A DNA stretch of 64,000 nt, from contig JAAOMT010000258.1 of NCBI GenBank assembly GCA_016748015.1, positions 436,173 to 500,172 of the forward strand, given 5' to 3'. This document shows positions 56,100 to 64,000 of the stretch, piece by piece (position 1 is the stretch's first letter; every line of letters begins with the position of its first letter). This DNA is from Geosiphon pyriformis uo1 (Eukaryota; Fungi; Glomeromycota). The notes beneath the pieces were generated by a model that ran no database searches, was not told where the DNA came from, and saw only the letters and a list, made by a program, of their open reading frames with translations. Both the position numbers and the translations under genes were made by a program.

Positions 56100-58197
56100 A
56101 AAAAACTTTTTTCTCTCTTACCTCCAAAAAACCCCAGCAAGTACTTTTTCTGAGAAAAGAAGTTTTTTGTTTTTATTTTGTTAATAATATATCAACATTT
56201 TTTTAACTGATAATCCTTTTGTCATGGATTTGGAGACTGCCTTTAGTAGCAGCATGTCTAGTAAGAAGGCTACTAAAAGCGTGTTTCACAGTCCTGCTGG
56301 TGGTTTTTTTTCACAAAGAAAGAAAGCTTTTCTTGAAAATGTTAAACATTCTAGTGATGAAAAGGATATTTCTTTGAAGTCTGGTTTTGGTACTAGTGTA
56401 TATTCTGATGTAGAGAGCCTATCTGGTGATGAAGATGTTAGTATATCTGGTGATTTTGATGGTTCTCTCTTGGATTTGGCTGTTAACACTCCCAAGGCTA
56501 AATGGGTGAATACTGGTGCGAATTTCGGTTCTCTTATTAGTTCTCCTGACTTTGAAATGGATGAAAAGGTGAAGCCCCTCCCACCCCCCCTTAAGAAAAA
56601 AGTTCTTTTAAATAAGATTTGGATTGATCCTAAGATTATCAAAACTTCTATAGAGGTGTCGGTCAAGAAATTATTTGCTTTAGACATCAATTTTTTGGCT
56701 GTGGAAGAGAAATTGACTATGACAAAGACTCAGTTTGTCAAAAAAATTTTTTCAAAAATCAATGGTTTTGGGGAGGCTACTACTCTCTCAAAATTTGAAG
56801 GAATCATCAGATCAACATTTACTTGAAAGGAAAGCATGAAAAAGGCTGTTTTATTGGCTGGTGAAAATGGGATCACTGTAAACAGCAATCTTAAGAAACA
56901 AAAATTTTGTTCAGATCGGACTGTAGTAATTAAAGAAATTCTCATGGACATGCTTAAAGATATGATTGTCACCACAGTCGCCAAGTTTGGTGAGATTAGG
57001 TCGATCAAAATTCAACTGATTGGCATGTAACAGAAAGCAGTGGTAAAATTTGCCAATTTAGATCAGGCTGATTAGTTGGCTCTTAGATGGTCATTCTTAA
57101 TCGGAAAAGATTCTGTGTGCATGACTAAAACCATAAAAAATTGTGATATCTGGGCATCAAAGAATTAATTTAGGGCACTTTTGTTTATGTTGCCAATAGG
57201 GACAACAGCACATAATCTTGGCTCACTTTTGGAAGCTATTAGTGGAAAAACTTGCATCATCAACCAGTCATTGGAAATGGGTAATAGATTTTGCTGTGCG
57301 GTGGTTGGTTTTGGCTTTGACGCAGATTTGGAATCTGCTTTTTGTACTGAGCCTATTCTTGGTGATATTTGACTCTTATGGGCTAGATTGGATTTGGTTA
57401 GGTGTGAAAAATGTGGGCATCTTGGTCATTCAGCTCTTGAGTGTGATACATTGAATGTGTCATCTCCTGAACTCTTGCTTTCATATAAAAAACCTTTCTT
57501 TGGTGCAAATTGTCTTCAGTTGGCTCAATTATATGCCAAAAAAAATGTTCCTGTTTTCCAGCCAGCAGCTTTTAGTGGCAAATCTTGGGCTCAAATAGTT
57601 TCTCTTGCTTTTTCTGCTGGCCATTAGTATTTTGTTTCTAGTTCCAGTTCTGGTTTTCTCTTCTCGGATAATTCTGATTTGAGTGTTAACAGACTTATCC
57701 CTCCTGTTAACATTTCTTTTTTAAGTTCTCATTTGGCAGTGTTGAAGCACTCTATGGAGCTTTTAGCAGATCAGATTTCCAGCTTGGTGTGTAAACTTGA
57801 CAATTTGAACTTAGTGCCTTTAGACTCTTCTCCATCGTCTAGTATTGTGGCTCCTTCTTCAGTTTCAGGTTTGGATTTTGGTACAGGTATGGTTTTGAAT
57901 GATCCTGTAGAGATCCCTTCATCTTCTTCTAATAGCTTGAATTTGGGTCTTAATAGTTCAAAGGTTTTGACTTCCAAGGTGGGCTTTTTGGAATCCAAGT
58001 TGGTAGTTCTGGAGGTCTCTATTGGTTTGGTTTTGGCAAAGTTAGATCTGTTGTATGCTGGTTTAGGGTCTCATATTCAGTTTTCTTCCCAATGAGCGAT
58101 TTGATCTGGAAGTTTGCTATATACAACGTTCATGGCATCAATGTGCTGGCTAAGCAAAAAGATGTGGTGTGTTGGCATATGGAATCTGAGAATATGG
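56100..58197 (+). mobile_element. LINE 5' portion: degenerate ORF1 (56224-58095, CCHC knuckle) and start of ORF2 (APE endonuclease), cut by a Gypsy LTR
   Basis: Zinc knuckle CEKCGHLGHSALEC and multiple in-frame stops. ORF2 starts at 58092 with MSDLIWKFAIYNVHGIN (APE N-V-x-G motif) and overlaps the ORF1 stop (ATGA). Confidence 0.88.
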
Positions 58198-59176
58198 TGT
58201 TACTGAAAGTTTTTGGGTCTTTTTTCTTAAATGTTGTTAATGCTTGTTTGCTGTGAATTCACGTTTTCTAGATGTAGTTGAACCTCCAATAACTGAATTT
58301 TATCTTCAAATTATCTCCTATAATTTGAACTGCTGAGCTTATAAGTAGAATGGCCAATTCCATGCCAGTTACTTTGTATAGTTATGTTGTAGTAAATGTT
58401 AACTCTTTCTCAGGAATTGCTTGTCTGGAAGCTCACTAAAAATGTGTAGTTACTTTGCTGTGAAAGTCAACTCTTCTACAGGAATCTCATCTGTAGGCTA
58501 CTCTAATGATTGTAATAAGAAAATAAAAAAAAAATAAAAGAAATGTAAAAGAAATAGAATTCTGTCAAGGGAAACGTTTTCTATCCAGGCCTGGAGTCAT
58601 TAACAGTTTATTGAAATTGGTAGCTAATCAATTTCAAAATGTTAATTGGGTTTTAGGGATTTTCCAAGTACAATAATTAAAGAATTTGGTTTTTCAAATT
58701 ATTTGATATTTATTTCTTTTTGTGTATATAGAAATGGTTTTAAGAGATAAATCTAAAGTAAGATACATTTTCTTGAAGAGAAAAGCCCTTCTTTTATACA
58801 ACTTGTCATAACACTATTCTATGAACTTGAACTTTGCTATTTTCTACAATTTCGCTGAACTAAAGATACATTTCGGCGAACTACAAGTTATTTCTGTGAA
58901 CTATTAGATATTTTGGTGAACTATCAATTATTTCAGCAAATTTTTACAAATTTTGGCAAACTTTTGAATGTTACATAGTTTGGAGTATTGCATGATTGAT
59001 CATTGCAATTAGGTTACATTTGTGTTGTGTACAAATTGGGTTATTAATTAATTGATAATTTCGGACATTTTTGCTAATATAATAAGTGATAATTTGAAAT
59101 AATAATATGCTAATTAATAATAGGAATTATAAGATAATTTCATGCTAAATAATATCTCTAATTTTGTCTGGTAACA
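58198..59176 (-). repeat. 3' LTR of Gypsy copy A (979 bp)
   Basis: TGTTAC...GTAACA termini; adjacent PPT (minus strand TGAAGAGAAGGTTA); near-identical to 60215-61193. Confidence 0.93.
58850..58961 (-). promoter_or_regulatory. Six-copy 20-bp-period motif array (consensus TTTCGGCGAAC) in LTR U3, upstream of TATAAAA (58792-58798); also in LTR B at 60864-60975
   Basis: Units start at 58850, 58871, 58891, 58911, 58931, 58951 and at 60864, 60885, 60905, 60925, 60945, 60965. The regulatory role is inferred from position. Confidence 0.7.
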
Positions 59177-59864
59177 TAACCTTCTCTTCAAGACTGAGCT
59201 CCATCGAAGTCCAAGTACTGTCTGTCATTTTCAGATAATAATCCAAAATTATTGAAGAAATTTGGTCTGAAAATTGTTAAAATTTCAGTTCTGTGAGCTT
59301 TCCAATGTATTGAATCTTCAAAGATTGAAAAATTGAGTTTTGTAGTATATTTTCACAGGTGTAGAATAGGTCATAAAGTCTAAAAGCAGCTCTGAGCCTG
59401 TAGTAACTGTTTGTTGATCCAGTTGTTGTCTTGAATTCATTGTGAAGTTGTTTCTGAATAGCTTTTTTTGTGAGATTTGCTGTTGTAAGTTCCAGTTTCT
59501 ATTCGTAAAGTGTTTTTCCAATGTGAAAATATTTATAGATTAGAGAATATTCAGTGTTTTCCTCATTGAGACACAGTTGAAATCTTTGTTGAATTGTAGC
59601 ATTTAGTGGAATACTAATCAGAGTGAGCATTAGGTTTTCTCTTAAAGCAAGCTTTAAAAGTTCTGGCAGGTGAATTCCAGAATAACTTCTTGTGTTCTTC
59701 TTATATGGGTGATATTTTCATAAATTTGGGGCTAAATTTGTAACTACTTCTGTTTGGGTATAATTAATGTGGTTTCTAGTAACAGTAATGGATAATTCGG
59801 GTATTGTTTTTAAAGCTAACATTAGTTTTTGAAATAATTGTTGAATGTTTTGAGAAATAGTCAT
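59145..59864 (-). pseudogene. Accessory ORF3 of the Gypsy family (~239 aa, three premature stops, no frameshift)
   Basis: One frame from ATG 59864 to TAG 59145. Stops TGA 59718, TAG 59499 and TAA 59277 each fit a single C>T change, and copy B has CAA at the third. The same frame is present in copy B (61162-61505, gapped). Confidence 0.82.
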
Positions 59865-60214
59865 TATAAGAGATTTGAAATAAAAGAAAATTATTTTTGG
59901 TGTATGGGTTTTTATGTTATTTTTGTTTTGATTGTTTTTAAATTATAAGGGAATAACTAGTAAAATTAATTTAAGTGTTCAGGTTGGAAGGTTGTTCAAT
60001 AACAACTATTGGTTCTAAGTTTCAGAGAATATCTTCGGGATTGACTAAAGGGGAATGTATACCAATTTGTGGAATTAATGATTTAGGCTTGTTTTTGGAA
60101 TGATAGTGTTTCAGACAATCTCCATGTGCAACTTTTGCTAGAATTTTGTCATTGAGTCTTAGCTTGTATGATCCGTTGCCTAAGACTTTATGGATAAAAA
60201 ATGGTCCATCCCAT

Positions 60215-61193
60215 TGTTACTGGAGGTTTTTGGTCTCTTTTCTGTAATGTTGTTGATACTTATTTGCTGTGAATTCACGTTTTCTGGATGTGGTTGAACC
60301 TCCAGTAACTGAATTTATCTTCAAATTATCTCCTGTAATTTGAACTTGCTGGGCTTATGAGTGGAATGGCCAATTCTATGCCAGTTGCTTTATGTAGTTA
60401 CGTTGTAGTAAACGTCAACTCTTTCCCAGGAATTGCTTGTCTGGAAGCTCACTAAAAATGTGTAGTTACTTTGCTGTGAAAGTCAACTCTTCTACAGGAA
60501 ACTTGTCTGTAGGCTACCCTAATGATTGTAATCAGAAAAGAAAGAAAAATAAAAAAAGTGTAAAAGAAATAGGATCTTATTAAGGGAACGTTTTCTATCC
60601 AGGCCTGAAGTCACTAACAGTTTACTGAAATTGGTAGCTAATCAATTTCGAAATGTTAGTTGGGTTTTGGGGATTTTCTAAGTACAATAATTAAAGAATT
60701 TGGTTTTTCGAATTATTTGATATTTATTTCTTTTTGTATGTATAAGAATGGTTTTAAGAAATAAATCTAAAGTAAGATACATTTTCTCGAAGAGAGAAGC
60801 TCTTTTTTTATACAACTTGTCATAACACTATTCTATGAACTTGAACTTTGCTATTTTCTAAAATTTTACTGAACTAAAGATACATTTTGGCAAACTATAA
60901 GTTATTTCGGCGAACTATTAGATATTTCGGTGAACTATCAATTATTTTGGCGAATTTCTACAAATTTCGGCGAACTTTTTGAATGTTACATAGTTTGGGG
61001 TATTGCATAATTGATCATCGCAATTAGGTTACATTGGTGTTGTGTACAATTTGGGTTATTAATTAAATGATAATTTCGGACATTTTTGCTAATATAATAA
61101 GTGATCATTTAAAACAATAATATATGCTAATTAATGATAGGAATTATAAGATAATTTCATGCTAAATAATATCTCTAATTTTGTCTGGTAACA
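60215..61193 (-). repeat. 3' LTR of Gypsy copy B (979 bp)
   Basis: TGTTAC...GTAACA termini; adjacent PPT TGAGGAGGAGGTTA. Confidence 0.93.
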
Positions 61194-61299
61194 TAACCTC
61201 CTCCTCAAGACTGAGCTCCATCGAAATCCAAGTACTGTCTGTTTTTTCCAGATAATAATCCAAAATTATTGAAGAAATTTGGTCTGAAAATTGTTGAAA

Positions 61300-61413
61300 N
61301 NNNNNNNNNNNNNNNNNNNNNNNNNNNNNNNNNNNNNNNNNNNNNNNNNNNNNNNNNNNNNNNNNNNNNNNNNNNNNNNNNNNNNNNNNNNNNNNNNNNN
61401 NNNNNNNNNNNNN
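61300..61413. other. Assembly gap inside ORF3 of copy B (114 N; the equivalent segment in copy A is 490 nt)
   Basis: N run; the flanks align to 59282 and 59773. Confidence 0.95.
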
Positions 61414-64000
61414 TTTCCAGTAACAGTAATAGATAATTCAGATATTGTTTTTAAAGCTAACATTAGTTTTTGGGATAATTGTTGAATGTTTTGAGGAATA
61501 GTCATTATAAGCAATTGAAAAAATAAAAATTATTTTTGGTGTATGGGTTTTTATGTTATTTTTGTTTTTGTTTTTGTGAGATTGTTTCTAAATTATAAGA
61601 GAATGACTAGTAAAATTAAATTAAGTGTTCAGGTTGGAAGGTTGTTCAATGACAACTATTGGTTCTAAGTTTCAGGGAATATCTTTGGGACTGACCAAAG
61701 GAGAATGTGTACCAATTTGTGGAATTAATGGTTCAGGATTGTTTCTGGAATAATAGTGTTTCAAATGATTTCCATGTGCAACTTTTGCTAGGATTTTGTC
61801 ATCAAGTCTTAGCTTGTATGATCCATTGCCTAGAACTTCATGGATAAAGAATGGTCCATCCCATTTATTTTCAAATTTTCTACTCCATTGTTTTTCAGTT
61901 TTAGTTCTGTGTAAGAGAACTTTGTTTCTAATTTTGAATTTATTGGTGACTGAAGGCAATTTGTCATCATGCCGTTCTTTTTGTTGAACTTGGGAGTGTT
62001 CAATATGGATGGCTGCTATTCATTGTTTTCCTTCTAATGTACTAAGCAGAGTATAGGCTCTTCGCTGAAGTGTTTCTTGGAAATTGTTTTTATCGATCAG
62101 TTGTGCTGGGTATGTTTCCACTGTGAAACTAATTGGTAATGTTGCCATCCTTCCATAAGTTAAATCAAATGGTGTGTTTTTCGTAGTATCTTGTTTTAAT
62201 GTCCTTTATGCTAGTAACACTGATGGAATAAAGAGATCCCATTCTTGCTTAAAATTGGTTGAGACTTTGGCTAATGACTCACACAATGTTCTGTTAAAAT
62301 GTTTCACAAGTCCGTTTGTTTGTGGATGGTAGGGCGAAGACAGAAGTCTTTTGACATTGAATTGTTCACAAATTTCTTGTATCAGGTTGTTCACAAAGTG
62401 TGTTTCCTGATCGGATAAAAGTTCAATTGGACATCCATGTTTACAAATGATGTCTTTGTAGATAAAATTTGCTACTGATTTTGCATCTGCTCATTGAATG
62501 GCTCTGGCTTTGGGCCATTTAGTAAGATAGTCTACAGCTACTGCAATATAATGGTTTCCTTGAGTGGTAATAGATAGTGGTCCGACTAAATCAATACCAA
62601 CTCTGTCAAAAGGCTGTCCAACTTTGATTGAATTTAAAGGTTCTGTAGGGCGAGTTCCTCTTCTTCTTTGACAACTATCACAAGATTCAACATATTCGTG
62701 AATGTCTTTTCTCATTCGAGGCCAAAAGTAGTATTCTAGTGTTCTTTGGGTGATGTTATCTTTTCCGAAGTGTGCTGATAAAGAATCCGAGTGCATGTTG
62801 TATAAAATGGTCTCTTTTTCTTGTTCTTGTATTAATCTGAGTGGTTTGGTTGGGTTTTTGAAATTTTGATGATAGATAATGTTGTTGTGTAGAAAATATT
62901 GTTTGGCTTGTTGTTGTAACCAATGTTTTTTGTCTGGGGACCAATCTGTTGGGATTGTTAATGTCTCCAAATATTGTTTGAGATTGTTGTAGTTTTCGGG
63001 GTTTATTGTTTGTTGTTTTAATGCTGTTAATTCAATTGGGTGTTGGTTTTGTTTCTAATCTTGCCTCATCCTTGAGAGACAATCAACATTGGTGTGGAGT
63101 TTTCCTGGTTTGTGGTGTACAATGTATTGGTAATTAGCTAAAAATCCTGTCCATCGGGTTTGTTTTGTGTTCAGCTGGGTGTTTTTGTTTTAAAGCCATT
63201 TAAGTCCAATATTATCAGTGATAATATCAAATTTTTTGGGTCTGAGGTAAAGGTTGAAGTGATATAGGGCCCAGATTACTGCTGCAGTTTCTAATTCTGT
63301 TGCGGAGTAGTTCTTTTCGGCTGGCTTTAATGTTCTACTAGCATAAGCAATTACTCACTCATTTCTATTGTCATCTAACTGTGATAGGATGGCACCAAAG
63401 GCAGTATAAGAAGCATCAGTTGCTAATCGGAATTGGTTGCTGAAGTCTGGGTAGGCAAGGATTGGGGCTGTTGTGAGTTTTTTCTTGAGTATCTTGAAGG
63501 CATTTTGGTGTTTTTTTGTCTATTTGTATTCGACATTTTTCGTAGTGAGCTGGTTGAAGGGTTTTGCAATTTCTGAGAATCCTTTGATGAATTTTCAGTA
63601 ATAGGATGCTAATCCAATAAATCCTCTTAATTCTGTGGTATTTCGTGGAGTCTTGAAGTTTTTGACAGTACTGATTTTTCCAGGGTCTGGTTTAATTCTA
63701 TCTTTGCTAACAATGTGACCAAGAAAAGCTAAACTTGTTTTTCCGAAGTAGCATTTTCAATGTTCAATTTCAATTCTGCTTTCCATAATCATTGAAAAAC
63801 TTTTTGCAGGTGAATTAAATATAGCTCGAAAGATGGTGAATAAACATCAGTGTCATTAAGATAAACTACTACTGATTTCCAAAGGAGACCTTTGTAAACA
63901 ACATCCATAAGTCTTTGGAATGTTGCTGGTGCATTGCATAATCCGAAAGACATTACATTGAACTTGTAATTTCCTCCTTGAGTGGTAAATGCTGTTTTGG

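Larger units (their letters stand above)
58198..60214 (-). mobile_element. Ty3/Gypsy copy A: integrase tail (60022-60214), accessory ORF, PPT and 3' LTR; interrupted by copy B
   Basis: 59773-60214 is collinear with 61414-61864 and stops abruptly at the KWDGPF codons where LTR B begins. Confidence 0.92.
60215..64000 (-). mobile_element. Ty3/Gypsy copy B, degenerate pol (RT-RNaseH-integrase, 61672 to beyond 64000)
   Basis: RT NVMSFGLCNAPATFQR and YLND (from YLDD); RNaseH LATDAS...GAILSQ; integrase HHCC, GIDLVGPL, YHPQTNGLVKHFN, WDGPF. The RT-RH-INT order defines Ty3/Gypsy. Many premature stops. Confidence 0.96.

Noticed and set aside
58850-58961. 20-bp periodic array as a CRISPR-like locus
   Set aside because: Spacers are only ~9 nt, the array lies inside a eukaryotic LTR, and there are no cas genes.
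59318-59521. Track ORF MEKHFTNRNW...
   Set aside because: It is an off-frame overlap of the longer ORF3 frame, whose ends are conserved in both Gypsy copies.
58198-61193. The two LTRs as the ends of one small non-autonomous element (TRIM/LARD)
   Set aside because: Both are preceded by a PPT and ORF3, there is no PBS or TSD, and the junction falls mid-integrase, so this is a nested insertion.

Overview
Very AT-rich, intron-containing eukaryotic DNA. The gene families and repeats point to a Glomeromycotina (AM-fungus-type) genome, and the LINE ORF1 style recalls Geosiphon pyriformis (inference from memory, not a search). Genes: an intronless MATA-type HMG-box gene; a head-to-head pair of 7-exon SAM-dependent methyltransferase paralogues; an F-box-like gene; a divergent pair of 2-exon orphan genes, one with tandem C-terminal AIM/LIR-like motifs; a secreted lipase-3-fold gene with Gly in place of the catalytic Ser, plus a deleted pseudogene copy about 37 kb away; TRM82; and a tRNA-Cys(GCA) only 74 bp upstream of TRM82. 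Four LINE 3' ends at different stages of C>T/G>A decay share a structured 3' tail. The last ~10 kb is a TE nest: a LINE interrupted by a Ty3/Gypsy element, which is itself interrupted by a second copy of the same family. The most interesting signal is in this Gypsy family. It carries a hidden third sense ORF (~239 aa, absent from the ORF track) after integrase that reads through the PPT into the 3' LTR and has a YhcG-N/DUF1016-like helical pattern. Its U3 carries six palindromic TTCGNCGAA motifs at 20-bp spacing just upstream of a TATA box. Together these are a candidate self-encoded regulator plus binding array (hypothesis).
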